Virus record (IMG/VR): IMGVR_UViG_3300018080_000167
Coordinates: 10,774 to 74,773 of that record
DNA from: a virus
Reading direction: 5' to 3' (one strand)
DNA length: 64,000 nucleotides
The notes beneath the pieces are model-generated. The model saw only the letters and a program-made list of their open reading frames with translations, did not search any database and was not told where the DNA came from. The position numbers and the translations under genes were made by a program. Below are positions 1 through 9,864 of the stretch, piece by piece (position 1 is the stretch's first letter; each line of letters opens with the position of its first letter).

Positions 1-283
1 CTACCCAGTGTAATTTTTCATTTTTGTCTATTTTTTCCACATCGGAACCTAAAGATTTCACAGCGCATTTTAATGTTTCATATTTTGTTTTTAAGTTAAT
101 ATTTTTATTTTTTAAATCATCAATTTCATCACTGATTTCATCAAATGATTTTTCTAGTTTCGCTTGTTCGTCTTTCAATTGATTATTTTTTTTTATGCTT
201 TGATCTAATTCTGTCCAAAGTTGCCAAAGAAAAACAACTTCTGCTATAATAATAACTGCCAAAATAGATATTATCCAAGTCAT
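1..283 (-). CDS. Partial membrane-anchored coiled-coil protein (runs off the window's left edge)
   Basis: ATG at 283 overlaps upstream TGA; MTWIISILAVIIAEVVFLWQLW then a coiled-coil-like K/E/L-rich stretch. Confidence 0.6.
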   Translation of the reverse strand, partial: MTWIISILAVIIIAEVVFLWQLWTELDQSIKKNNQLKDEQAKLEKSFDEISDEIDDLKNKNINLKTKYETLKCAVKSLGSDVEKIDKNEKLHWV

Positions 284-495
284 TTTGCGTTCCTTTCTAA
301 AATTTTAATTATTTTTGCATAATTTTCTCTTATGTGTGGAAATTTACATTCTGAACAATCTTTCACCCCATTTTTTAATATTTTATAATTACCAGGACAA
401 TCTAAATGGTAAAGTGGGCAAAAACAAAATAAACAATTAATTTCTTCCATGTTGTGACATGGGTAAAAAGGACATTCTTTATATTCGAAAAACAT
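280..495 (-). CDS. Cysteine-rich small domain (zf-like) protein
   Basis: CPFYPCH..NCLFCFCPLY..C.G....KDCSECKFPH motif. Confidence 0.8.
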   Translation of the reverse strand: MFFEYKECPFYPCHNMEEINCLFCFCPLYHLDCPGNYKILKNGVKDCSECKFPHIRENYAKIIKILERNAK

Positions 496-806
496 TAAAA
501 CTTCTTATTCCCGTGTCGATATGGTCGTTGTTTATTTTTGTTGTGCTTTTTTTCTACCTCTGCAATTATGTCTATTTCTTCGTGTTCACATAGGTCAAAA
601 ATTCTAATAATCGCATCTGCAAGTTCTTCGCCAAGCCAACCATCTTCACCATCCACTTTGTGCTCTCTACATCCCTCAAGCGCTTCTGAAATCTCTGAAT
701 GTACAAGACAAAGCAATTCTGGAATAGAGCGTTCTTTATCCCACCATCCGTGTTCTTTTGCAACTTGATTGATGTCTTTGGGACTTACAATTTTTACTTT
801 TGACAT
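495..806 (-). CDS. MazG-like nucleotide pyrophosphohydrolase
   Basis: HSEISEALE and EELADAIIRIFD acidic motifs; C-terminal NKQRPYRHGNK. Confidence 0.8.
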   Translation of the reverse strand: MSKVKIVSPKDINQVAKEHGWWDKERSIPELLCLVHSEISEALEGCREHKVDGEDGWLGEELADAIIRIFDLCEHEEIDIIAEVEKKHNKNKQRPYRHGNKKF

Positions 807-819
807 AATTTTTCCTTAT

Positions 820-1029
820 TTATTTTAATAGTAGTGTCCAAAAAATAACGCCCATAAACAAAAAAGATAACAAGCAGCCAACTAAAGCCTCTCCGTCTGC
901 ATCGTCTTTATCAATAAATATATCTTCTAATTCTGATATATTAAAAATGCGTGACAAAAAAAATATGGCAAGCATTATACCAGACAATGCATGTATGAAC
1001 CCAACTACAATAAGAATTGTTGTGATCAT
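820..1029 (-). CDS. Small two-TM membrane protein
   Basis: Two hydrophobic segments; coupled to the RecQ stop. Confidence 0.6.
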   Translation of the reverse strand: MITTILIVVGFIHALSGIMLAIFFLSRIFNISELEDIFIDKDDADGEALVGCLLSFLFMGVIFWTLLLK

Positions 1030-3494
1030 TTTTCTACTCCGAAATAATCTAAAATAAAATCTCTTTTGTCCTTGGCTCTTACAAATCGTTGCATTATTTC
1101 AAGTTTGTGCAGCTTTTCTTTTTTGCGACTTTCGCTTAAATCAAAATCTATTCCAAGTTTGTCAAAACTTTTCACATTATCTGACAATACCATCACGCCT
1201 CTTTTGGGTGCTTTAAAAACGCCCCTTTTTTTCAACTCTGTTAAACATGTAGATATCTGTGCCCTTTCCAGATTGTCTTTCCCTATCATTTGTCCGAATG
1301 CACTATATGTAATTTTGTTTTCTTCTCCTACTACAAGATTATTGAGCAAATGTACATAAACTCTTTTATATAATTCAATTGATGGATGGCTAATGTCAAT
1401 AAGATATTTTCTAAGGCGTATATCATTCGGATAATAAAATAGCACACATTCAGATGGCTTTCCGTCCCGCCCTGCGCGTCCCACTTCTTGGTAATACGCC
1501 TCTATAGAGCCTGGAATTGTATAATGCAAAATGTGTCGTATATTGCTCTTGTCGATGCCCATACCTATTGCAATTGTTCCCACGATACAGGAAATATCAT
1601 TATCCATAAAAAGCTCTTGTGTTTTCTGTCTGTCCTCTTTTTTCATATCTGCGTGATATGGCAACGAAAAATCATCTATATGATAATTTTTTTTAACCCT
1701 TTCATTTATTTCTTTAGACAATACTTCGCAATCTTTTCTTGAGCCACAATAAACAATCATAGGTGGGAAACAACCATTCTTTTCATATATCGAATTAAAA
1801 TAATTATAAAATGCATCTTTTTTATCAATTGCGTATCCATGATATTCACATTTAAGCGTAAGCTCTGGACGATCAAAGCCACCTATTTTTATAAATGGCT
1901 CTTTCATTTCAAGATTTTTTGTGATATCCCACACAACCCTTTCTGTGGCTGTTGCTGTTAGTGCTACAATACTTGGATCTCCTGCAAACCTCCTTATTTT
2001 TCCTATGTCACGATATTCTTTTCTGAACTCGTGCCCCCACAGACTTACGAGATGTGCTTCATCTACCGCAATAAGCGATACATTAATCTGTGATATTATA
2101 TCTTTAAAATATTCTGTGCAAAGCAATTCTGGTGATACATATACCATTTTATATTTATTATCAATAATATCTTTAACAATCTTTCTTTTTTCTTTTTGTC
2201 CAAGAGTGCTATTTAAAAATGTAGCTGGAAGGTTACGGTTTTTTAATGCCATTACTTGATCAGCCATTAGTGAGATCAGTGGAGAAATTACAAGTGTTAC
2301 GCCATCTTTAAGTAGGGCTGGCAATTGATAAAGCATAGAATTATGTGTGATTGTAAAGTCTTCTAATAAATATCTATGATCTTTATCAAGCTGAAATCCA
2401 TAATATTGTTCATTGTCAGATATTTTTTTTATAATAAATCCTGAAACTAAGGAGTTTGTTCTTTGTCGTCTTTTACAAGCTTTTTTGCGTTTTATTCTTA
2501 ATGGTATTTGAGAGCAGTCGCCAGATATATGTATCCTATTGTATAATTTATTAGGTCCGCATTTTCCATGATGTGCATGAAGTCCTAAACTTCGTGCCAA
2601 AAACAATACATTGTCAGCCATTTTGTTAGATTTACAAGAAAACTCGTATCCACTATGTCCTAAATACCCATCTGTGTCTAATAATCCAGCTAATAATTCT
2701 AATCTATCATATTTGTTTCTATAAAGATATTGTTTTGGAATAAATTTATCGGCACACGCAATTGGTAATAATCCCAATTCTCTCAGGGCTGTTTTCAAAG
2801 GATTTTTCTGTGGTCCACGTTTTTTATTAGAAAATCTATATGCATTACAGCCACAACTATTTTGATATATGACACATTTAATATCAAAAATATCAGCCAA
2901 TTCTTGACATGCATCCTGTATCTCTACATCATTTTTTGTTACCGAAACACTATTGTCGTGTGCTAACGACCCATCTCCTAATATCATTCCAAGATAATAT
3001 GGTGGAATTTTATATTGTTTTTCTATTTGTCCAAATTTATCAACTCCTGTTCTTATTAATTTATAAATATGTTTTTTATATTTACTCCACGTCAAATATT
3101 CTTTGATGGATACATCTATAATTGGCTTGTTGTCATATCCTTTTCCTTCGTTGGTTTTTATTAGACTGATCTTATGGTGCGGAGTAGCGCCAAATGCTTT
3201 TCCTTTATGCGGAATTATGTTGTATATTACATCTCTTCCACGAGCAAGGGACAAGACAACTCTAGGCGTGTTGTCTGGACCCATAAGCTTGTCGCCAACT
3301 ATTATATTTTCCACATTTTTTATAGAGCCATCATACATTATAACTTTTGTTCCAGCCGGATGGCATTTTCCCCCACCTGTCGGCATTACTGCGAGCGTAT
3401 CTCTGTTTTCCATAATGTTTTTAATTGTTTCTTCTTGTCCTGGACGGAAAGAGTCGAAACCAAAATGTTTTTTCAATGCTTTTTTTAAGTCCAT
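1026..3494 (-). CDS. recQ: RecQ-family DNA helicase containing an intein
   Basis: FGFDSFRPGQ, MPTGGGK|S, VISPLISLM, VDEAH..S.WGHEFR, LTATAT, YYQEVGRAGRDG. Confidence 0.95.
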   Translation of the reverse strand: MDLKKALKKHFGFDSFRPGQEETIKNIMENRDTLAVMPTGGGKCHPAGTKVIMYDGSIKNVENIIVGDKLMGPDNTPRVVLSLARGRDVIYNIIPHKGKAFGATPHHKISLIKTNEGKGYDNKPIIDVSIKEYLTWSKYKKHIYKLIRTGVDKFGQIEKQYKIPPYYLGMILGDGSLAHDNSVSVTKNDVEIQDACQELADIFDIKCVIYQNSCGCNAYRFSNKKRGPQKNPLKTALRELGLLPIACADKFIPKQYLYRNKYDRLELLAGLLDTDGYLGHSGYEFSCKSNKMADNVLFLARSLGLHAHHGKCGPNKLYNRIHISGDCSQIPLRIKRKKACKRRQRTNSLVSGFIIKKISDNEQYYGFQLDKDHRYLLEDFTITHNSMLYQLPALLKDGVTLVISPLISLMADQVMALKNRNLPATFLNSTLGQKEKRKIVKDIIDNKYKMVYVSPELLCTEYFKDIISQINVSLIAVDEAHLVSLWGHEFRKEYRDIGKIRRFAGDPSIVALTATATERVVWDITKNLEMKEPFIKIGGFDRPELTLKCEYHGYAIDKKDAFYNYFNSIYEKNGCFPPMIVYCGSRKDCEVLSKEINERVKKNYHIDDFSLPYHADMKKEDRQKTQELFMDNDISCIVGTIAIGMGIDKSNIRHILHYTIPGSIEAYYQEVGRAGRDGKPSECVLFYYPNDIRLRKYLIDISHPSIELYKRVYVHLLNNLVVGEENKITYSAFGQMIGKDNLERAQISTCLTELKKRGVFKAPKRGVMVLSDNVKSFDKLGIDFDLSESRKKEKLHKLEIMQRFVRAKDKRDFILDYFGVEK
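2340..3365 (-). mobile_element. Intein (342 aa) with LAGLIDADG homing endonuclease in the RecQ Walker A motif
   Basis: Starts CHPAGTKVIMYDG after GGGK and ends FTITHN before Ser; LGMILGDGS and LAGLLDTDG motifs; removal restores GGGKSMLYQLPAL. Confidence 0.93.
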
Positions 3495-3496
3495 TA

Positions 3497-4105
3497 TTAA
3501 ATATCCAAATCAATTTTTGGCTGGTACTCTAAAAGTTCTTTAGTAAAAATATTTGGGCATTCTTTGTTGAGAATTTTATAAATTTCTTTTGCTACATTAC
3601 GAATCTCAAGTTGGGCGTGTTTGCCAAGGCGCAGCCTAAGGAATGAATACCAAGCTTGCAGGTTGCCAGTAACATTCATACTTGTTTTGTGTGCGTTACT
3701 TAGAATCATTCTTGAATCTTCATTTTTATATTTAAGATTTAATTTTCTATACCACGCAATAATTTTTTGTTGACATTCTGCAAAAAACGATTGATCCTCG
3801 ATATCAAATACGGATGGCATAATAAAGTTGATAGAATCTTCTTTATTGTAGCGCTGAGAACGAACCAAATATCGAAGGTGTGCATGTCGAGTCATTTGTG
3901 CCAAAAAAGCCCTGCTTACATCAGATATATGAAATGTTGCATATGCAAAAGACAATGCACTTAAGTGTCCTCGTTTAATAATATTCGGAAGAAATTGTTT
4001 ATGAGAGTCTTCTGTCATTTTATTAAGTGAGTCGTAACATTCTCTTGTATATATTTCAATTTTAGTTTCTGCATATTGCGTAATGTCTGCCAGCTCTACT
4101 TTCAT
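3497..4105 (-). CDS. thyX: FAD-dependent thymidylate synthase
   Basis: GHLS, SRAFLAQMTRH-x7-SQRY, LRLGKHAQLEIR. Confidence 0.9.
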   Translation of the reverse strand: MKVELADITQYAETKIEIYTRECYDSLNKMTEDSHKQFLPNIIKRGHLSALSFAYATFHISDVSRAFLAQMTRHAHLRYLVRSQRYNKEDSINFIMPSVFDIEDQSFFAECQQKIIAWYRKLNLKYKNEDSRMILSNAHKTSMNVTGNLQAWYSFLRLRLGKHAQLEIRNVAKEIYKILNKECPNIFTKELLEYQPKIDLDI

Positions 4106-4503
4106 CGAAAACTCCTTATCTGTTTTTTAAAGTCGAAAATTTCTATACCAACAACATCTGCATCGTCGTAAAGAATTGTAAACTTATCATAAGGCTGTGC
4201 AATACAGATATTTCTAAATTTACGTTTTATTTTTAGTGTGTCGGTATTATCTGAATATTCAATTGTCATTCCATCTATTTCATATTTTTCCTCTATTATT
4301 TGCCAAAAATTAAATATTTTTACACCTACAAAACTACAGCTAAATAGATCATGATATAAAATACATTGTCCATCATTTGTTACATCTCCATAGTATGCTC
4401 CATAGTTTATATGAGGAAAAAATATCATCATGGTATCTATTAAACTAATCTCTCTTATGTCTAATATTTGTGTGTTTAAATCCATCATTAATCCTTCAGT
4501 CAA
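4102..4503 (-). CDS. Hypothetical protein, possible tandem DUF2283-like domains
   Basis: MTIEYSDNTDTLKI...ILYDDADVVGIEIFDF resembles DUF2283; N-half ends similarly (FVGVKIFNF). Confidence 0.45.
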   Translation of the reverse strand: MTEGLMMDLNTQILDIREISLIDTMMIFFPHINYGAYYGDVTNDGQCILYHDLFSCSFVGVKIFNFWQIIEEKYEIDGMTIEYSDNTDTLKIKRKFRNICIAQPYDKFTILYDDADVVGIEIFDFKKQIRSFR

Positions 4504-4506
4504 TTT

Positions 4507-4746
4507 TTATTGTGACACAACATAATTAAAATATAAAGAACAATTTCTATCATCAACAAATGTAAAGACATACTTTCTTTCGCCTGAACAATATTTTATA
4601 CAACTCTTAAATATCCATTTATATTCATTAACCTCTTCAGGAAACTGAATTATTTCTGCATCTCTTACTAAACAATTTCCATTATGATTATATACTGACA
4701 CAACATCACCTTTTTCAAGTTTTAATTTATCTTTTACAAAACTCAT
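4507..4746 (-). CDS. Hypothetical protein
   Basis: ORF with AGGAG RBS, in operon. Confidence 0.6.
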   Translation of the reverse strand: MSFVKDKLKLEKGDVVSVYNHNGNCLVRDAEIIQFPEEVNEYKWIFKSCIKYCSGERKYVFTFVDDRNCSLYFNYVVSQ

Positions 4747-4816
4747 AAGATACTCCTTTTGTTCAAAAAATTGATTTGTTTATTTTCACATTTAAAAAGT
4801 AGATATTTTAATATTT

Positions 4817-5281
4817 TTAATACCATCTTGTAATTTGCATAATAAATTTATAATCAATTTGCTTTCTTTTTACTGGTCCAATTTCTGGACTGTCAAGAGC
4901 CACCTCTCTGTTGTCTCCGAGTACAAAAAATTCATCTTTCCCAAGTTCCATCATAACTTTATCTGGATTTTTAACTGTTGTAGATATATATTTTTCATTC
5001 ATTCGTAAAATTTGTCCATTTGTGTCAAGTATTGTTACTGTGTGTCTATTTACAAATACTGTTTCGCCTGGAAGTCCAACTATGCGTTTAACTAGATATT
5101 TATTTTTATACCTAAAACCAATAATATCTCCCCTATTTACATTATTTGTTGATAGACATAAACACATATCTCCATCTCCAAGTGTGGGGTTCATCGATGT
5201 CCCTACAACGTGAATAATTTTAAAATTCCAAGCAAAAATAATACATAAAATTAATATAATAAATAAAATTTTAAGTCTCAT
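4817..5281 (-). CDS. lepB: Signal peptidase I (S26)
   Basis: N-terminal TM, GTSMNPTL (Ser), LVKRIVGLPGE (Lys), FVLGDNR...DS. Confidence 0.92.
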   Translation of the reverse strand: MRLKILFIILILCIIFAWNFKIIHVVGTSMNPTLGDGDMCLCLSTNNVNRGDIIGFRYKNKYLVKRIVGLPGETVFVNRHTVTILDTNGQILRMNEKYISTTVKNPDKVMMELGKDEFFVLGDNREVALDSPEIGPVKRKQIDYKFIMQITRWY

Positions 5282-5750
5282 CTTTTAGTCCTTCATAATA
5301 TTTTTTTGCCTTAATTAAATCAATATTGTTGCTCCTTGCTTCAATCCACGGCTGCTCTTGCGTCACCAATGATTTTAGCCATTCGGAATCTCTATGTCCA
5401 TAATATTTTATAATAGCATCTATGCTTTCTTTTTGTGATATATTTAATTTTTTTAAACACCCTTTTTTTAATATAGTAGAGTATTGATATGCACCATCCC
5501 ACCCTATAATGTATTCAAATGTTGGAAAATTTACACCATATTCTGTAGCAATTGGTTGATCTGGAAACAATATTTCATCTTCCCATACAAAATGCCAAAC
5601 TTTCGCATAAAATAACAATATTATTAATTTATAAAAATCAATATGTTTATTTTTAATTCTTTTGTGTTTTAAAATATATTTTGCAATATCATGTATTGTC
5701 AACGAACAACTTTCTTTTTCTTTACTCTTGAAAATTTTTGGAAAGAACAT
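5271..5750 (-). CDS. Panacea (DUF4065/GepA/SocA) domain antitoxin-like protein
   Basis: DIAKYIL..KLIILLFYA..LFPD.PIA..YG.., IIKYYG....WL..L..QEQPW.EAR. Confidence 0.75.
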   Translation of the reverse strand: MFFPKIFKSKEKESCSLTIHDIAKYILKHKRIKNKHIDFYKLIILLFYAKVWHFVWEDEILFPDQPIATEYGVNFPTFEYIIGWDGAYQYSTILKKGCLKKLNISQKESIDAIIKYYGHRDSEWLKSLVTQEQPWIEARSNNIDLIKAKKYYEGLKDET

Positions 5751-5759
5751 ATTTTCTCC

Positions 5760-6128
5760 TTAAACTAAATGCAAATCTCCATCGGGATGCATTTTTTTAA
5801 ATTTTCTTATTGTGTCTTCTGTGCCACCAGTCCTATCTTCTGCAACACATGCTATAATTACATTTGATACACGAGCGATATCCGAATTGCGTATCAGTCC
5901 AGCCTTTCTTCCATGTTCGTCCCAATTAGGATAAAAAATAATAATTGGAATACCAGATTTTTTCGCAATTCTTTCTGCAAATCTATCACCACCCTTTGGA
6001 CAACCACCACTACAAATGTAGTCACCTTTATTATATATAGAATAAAATCTGTCGTGTACTGCAAAATAGTCATCTTCGTTGTTGCGCCGTCTACTGCCTA
6101 TAATGCCAATCACTTTTCTTTTCGACAC
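5760..6128 (-). CDS. SLOG-family (DUF2493/YspA-like) protein
   Basis: IIGSR, SGGCPKGGD, NWDEHGRKAGLIRN, GGTEDTI. Confidence 0.8.
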   Translation of the reverse strand: MSKRKVIGIIGSRRRNNEDDYFAVHDRFYSIYNKGDYICSGGCPKGGDRFAERIAKKSGIPIIIFYPNWDEHGRKAGLIRNSDIARVSNVIIACVAEDRTGGTEDTIRKFKKMHPDGDLHLV

Positions 6129-6316
6129 GACACTCTCCTAAATATATAATCAAATGAAAAATACCAAATTGTTTTAGAAATTTCTATACATAGTCCTACA
6201 AAGCCTATCTTTACAACATCATCAAAAAATAATGATAAAATTGTAGCTGACAACATAAACGATAAGGTCCTATATATAAGAGCTTTTTTAATTAATAATT
6301 TAATTTCTTTGCGCAT
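6110..6316 (-). CDS. Small membrane protein (DUF2061-like)
   Basis: KALIYRTLS..two TM..EISKTIWYFSFDYIF. Confidence 0.5.
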   Translation of the reverse strand: MRKEIKLLIKKALIYRTLSFMLSATILSLFFDDVVKIGFVGLCIEISKTIWYFSFDYIFRRVSCRKEK

Positions 6317-6780
6317 TTATCACAAAGGGCTCGTATCCATCCACCGTCCCGGAGCCGTCCTTTCTTTCCACAGATTTCACATATTTCTGCAGATTTTTCT
6401 TCTGCCTTATCTATAATATCATACATATTATCTGTACTATACGTTACATATATGCTAAGGGTGCCCCATTTTTCTTTGACTTGTATCGCTCTAAATAGCG
6501 GGCGTTCATACTTTGGCAGTTTCTTGATTTCTTTTTCAAGCTTTATAGATGTCTTTTTGAGCAACTTGAGCCAACCATCCCCGATTTCAAAGCCGAAATA
6601 CATAAGAGTGTCTCTCGGACCTCTTTTTTCTAATACATCTCTGTAAAGATTAGGACACATCTTTACTATTTTTTTTCGCATCCTAAGACTTTTCCACACA
6701 AGATATTTGTTATATGGCTTTGATAAAAAATTAATTATCTTTTTTCCTATATTCATTATTAATCCAATCTGTGTTTCCAC
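6292..6780 (-). CDS. Conserved phage protein with C-terminal zinc ribbon (start may be ~6756)
   Basis: FEIGDGW, QVKEKWGTL.IY, CEICG.KG..GWIRALCDKC. Confidence 0.7.
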   Translation of the reverse strand: METQIGLIMNIGKKIINFLSKPYNKYLVWKSLRMRKKIVKMCPNLYRDVLEKRGPRDTLMYFGFEIGDGWLKLLKKTSIKLEKEIKKLPKYERPLFRAIQVKEKWGTLSIYVTYSTDNMYDIIDKAEEKSAEICEICGKKGRLRDGGWIRALCDKCAKKLNY

Positions 6781-7654
6781 GAAATTTAATATTCATATCC
6801 TCGATATTATTTAAAAAATTGGCTGCTTCGTCCAACCCTTTATTTCTGAAGCAATATGCCAAATTAGCAATGTCTTTTACCAGACAGGAGCCAGAATACC
6901 CTAGACAACCATCTGGGCCTGGAACTTGCGAGTGACTCATGCCTATTCTTTTGTCTTCTCCAACACCCCTTCTGACAATGTTGTAATTAACGTTATGTTG
7001 TTTACACAAGGCATAAATCATATTTGAAAAATTAATTTTTGTTGCAAGAAAACTATTCGATGCCAATTTAATCATTTCTGCTTCTGTCGTATTACAAATA
7101 ACTGCTATGCAATCGCTTTCTTGTATAGAGTCAATTACATAGAAGGCTTTTGTGTCTGACTCTTTCCATTCACTAATCAAACTATTGGTGCCAAATACAA
7201 TTCTATCTGGATTTTTAAGATCAGAAAGTGGAGTAGCCTCCGTTAAGAACTCAGGCGCGAACATGATATTAAGATTCGCAAAAGTATCATTGAGCGTTTT
7301 CGTATAGCCGACAGGGACGGTAGACTTAATAATAACCGCTTGATCTTTATTTTTTGTGAGTTTAGAAATATTGTATATTGTTTCATATACAAGCGAAACA
7401 TCACATTGAAAACAATGTCCTTCTGTGCTATAACCAGTAGGTGGAGTTGGAACGCACACTAAAATAACATCGCAATTTGCTACCTCTTCCAACGGTTTTA
7501 CTGCCGGTAGTGCCCACGATTCTGGCCAATTTAAAAAATATTTTTTATTTGTGTCATATACTTTTACGTTGAAGCCCAAATCCATTAGTGCTTTTGCGTG
7601 TGTACTACCGACAAAACCTGCCCCCACAGTTCCTACGTTCTTTACATTAATCAT
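6731..7654 (-). CDS. ugd: UDP-glucose/GDP-mannose dehydrogenase family protein
   Basis: GAGFVG Rossmann, CVPTP, IKSTVPVG, PEFL.E, EAEMIKLASNSFLATKI, GYSGSCLVKD. Confidence 0.9.
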   Translation of the reverse strand: MINVKNVGTVGAGFVGSTHAKALMDLGFNVKVYDTNKKYFLNWPESWALPAVKPLEEVANCDVILVCVPTPPTGYSTEGHCFQCDVSLVYETIYNISKLTKNKDQAVIIKSTVPVGYTKTLNDTFANLNIMFAPEFLTEATPLSDLKNPDRIVFGTNSLISEWKESDTKAFYVIDSIQESDCIAVICNTTEAEMIKLASNSFLATKINFSNMIYALCKQHNVNYNIVRRGVGEDKRIGMSHSQVPGPDGCLGYSGSCLVKDIANLAYCFRNKGLDEAANFLNNIEDMNIKFRGNTDWINNEYRKKDN

Positions 7655-8337
7655 TAATATTCCTCCAAATTAAAAAAGTTATTATTCTTTTTCACCAATA
7701 TTCTCATATCAAAATATAAATTTTTAATCTTCTCTTCTTTAAGACGATACAAAAATTTACACCAATTAATTTTATCTGTGTCAAATATGTCTGCTATTTT
7801 TAAAAAATCAGAACGATTCATAACAAAGGCATATACACCGTCTATACCGCTCAAACTCTCTATTTTTTCCAATACGCTGTCCCAAGTAGCGAAGTATTTA
7901 TTTTCGTCTATTTGCCAGTGTATCGGGCGAATAACCGTGCCATTTTCTACGTTCCTCATTGTTTGTATAAACTTAGGTGATATTACAATATTCGGATTTA
8001 GCCATAATACCTTCTTTACATTAACATACTCCTTTATAATTCTTGCAATATTTTTGTATATATTATTACAATTTAATATATTTACATTGCGGAATACACT
8101 TTTATTTTCATCAATAAAATTTAGTTCTTTATCTGTAATTTTGCCTATTACACATATCTCTATATTTTTTGGGCTTTCGAGCTGCCTGTTAAGAACAAAG
8201 TGTATTAAATTATATGCATTTTCTATAGAATTATTATTTGGAATAACAATTATCATCTTTTCTTTATTTGGAGAGCTGTTCACTTCAGTTCTCTTTGCTC
8301 TTTTAATGTCTCTTATTTCTTTTCGCGTTAAAAACAT
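7654..8337 (-). CDS. Hypothetical protein, possible degenerate GT-A glycosyltransferase
   Basis: IIVIP.NN, VLWLNPNIVISP, FVMNRSDFLKI pattern; adjacent to ugd; DxD not intact. Confidence 0.4.
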   Translation of the reverse strand: MFLTRKEIRDIKRAKRTEVNSSPNKEKMIIVIPNNNSIENAYNLIHFVLNRQLESPKNIEICVIGKITDKELNFIDENKSVFRNVNILNCNNIYKNIARIIKEYVNVKKVLWLNPNIVISPKFIQTMRNVENGTVIRPIHWQIDENKYFATWDSVLEKIESLSGIDGVYAFVMNRSDFLKIADIFDTDKINWCKFLYRLKEEKIKNLYFDMRILVKKNNNFFNLEEY

Positions 8338-8669
8338 TAGTTTAATCCTATACGGAAATCACCGAAATCTATATCTTTGAATGGATTTTCTTCTCCACCC
8401 TGTCCAAACTTAATAGTTACACCGCCCTCTTCTATTTCTTCGAACGTTAGTTGCTCTGTAAGACGATTAAAAATATCTATTGTCTTTTCGACATGAGAGT
8501 TTGCAGCCTCGGCAATCATTTCTTCTGTAAATATGCCATCAATATCGCTAAACTCTATTTCTTTTTTAAGAAGTCCAAAAATTATATCTGGATTATTTGT
8601 TACAGCACTTAAAACACCTATAAAACCATAAAAGTGACTGTTTGGCAATTCCAATGTTTTTTTATTCAC
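8337..8669 (-). CDS. Hypothetical acidic protein
   Basis: ORF in operon. Confidence 0.6.
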   Translation of the reverse strand: MNKKTLELPNSHFYGFIGVLSAVTNNPDIIFGLLKKEIEFSDIDGIFTEEMIAEAANSHVEKTIDIFNRLTEQLTFEEIEEGGVTIKFGQGGEENPFKDIDFGDFRIGLN

Positions 8670-8677
8670 GTTGCCCC

Positions 8678-9034
8678 CTATTTGTTAAGCCTTGTGTATT
8701 TTTCCCACTTTGTTTGATTTTTGCGCCGCCATTCTTTCATATGCTTTGTACCTTTCCTGCGTTCTTTTAGCACCTCTTCTTTCAAATCTTTATTCTTTTT
8801 TACTTTATCTCTTTTTTTTTCAAAATTATTTATTTCCTCATCGCTGCCCTCCATTGTGTTCGCTCTTTTGATGTCTTTCCCTGGCCAGCTACCTCTTAAT
8901 ATAAAATTTGTGCTAAATTCTCTAGACATCTTTTCGCCACATTCGCACTTAACTACGCTTGGTGGCCCCTCTTGAATCGGTGCGACAATCTGTTTTTCAT
9001 TACCGCATTTTTCGCAAAAGAAATCGTAATGCAT
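8678..9034 (-). CDS. FmdB-family zinc-ribbon protein
   Basis: YDFFCEKCG....CECG..MSREFS..F.L.G..W. Confidence 0.75.
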   Translation of the reverse strand: MHYDFFCEKCGNEKQIVAPIQEGPPSVVKCECGEKMSREFSTNFILRGSWPGKDIKRANTMEGSDEEINNFEKKRDKVKKNKDLKEEVLKERRKGTKHMKEWRRKNQTKWEKYTRLNK

Positions 9035-9036
9035 TT

Positions 9037-9864
9037 TTATTTTACTCCAAAAAATTTAGTTTTTCCGCCAAGCCGCCACGCAAGCTTGACTCCATCTAAA
9101 GAATACCCATTGTTTTTGAATATTACCATTCGTAATCCTGCTTGAATAAGCATTCTAGCACACACAACGCAGGGGGGGGCGTTTATATAAGCAATACCGT
9201 CTTCTAAATCGTTCTTCGATGCTTTTGCTATCATATTCCACTCTGCGTGCATACAAAGTCCTCGTTCAAAGGTAGTGCCAGAAACAACACCTTGTCTTTC
9301 GCACACACAATCAAGCCTTGTACCTATTGGATGTCCATTTCTACCACTATATTTTATATCTCCATCCTTTACTAAAACGCATCCCATTTGTGCTCTCTTG
9401 CATTTTGATAATTGTCCAGCATTATTAGCTGCATCAATAAAATGCCTTACTTGATAATGATCATAAATTATTTTTTTCATCTTAAAATTTTGAATATTGT
9501 GCATATAAAAAAAATGAGCAAAAACATCCATAGGAATAATAACAGACATTTGATGCCCTTTTTCAATTTTTCCCGCGCAAGAAATTTCTCTTTTCAACAT
9601 AGCAGCAAGCTGCATAGAAAACTGTGTAACATATGTGCTTTGGGTCAAAGATAAAATTACTTGATCATTAAAGACAGTACACGAGAAACATTCAAGAACA
9701 GCCTTCATTACATTATTAAGCTGATCTCCATAAGAAATATTGGCAATATAATCTACCCCAGTAGTTTCTAATGTTTTCTTAAGAATTTTTTTTGTTGTAT
9801 CACTTTTTATTTGTGAAAAGTCTAATTTTTTGCACAAATATTTTATAAAGTAATATGGAAACAT
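9037..9864 (-). CDS. dCMP deaminase with N-terminal extension
   Basis: S.CKRAQMGCVLVKD, CMHAEWN, PCVVCARMLIQAG. Confidence 0.85.
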   Translation of the reverse strand: MFPYYFIKYLCKKLDFSQIKSDTTKKILKKTLETTGVDYIANISYGDQLNNVMKAVLECFSCTVFNDQVILSLTQSTYVTQFSMQLAAMLKREISCAGKIEKGHQMSVIIPMDVFAHFFYMHNIQNFKMKKIIYDHYQVRHFIDAANNAGQLSKCKRAQMGCVLVKDGDIKYSGRNGHPIGTRLDCVCERQGVVSGTTFERGLCMHAEWNMIAKASKNDLEDGIAYINAPPCVVCARMLIQAGLRMVIFKNNGYSLDGVKLAWRLGGKTKFFGVK

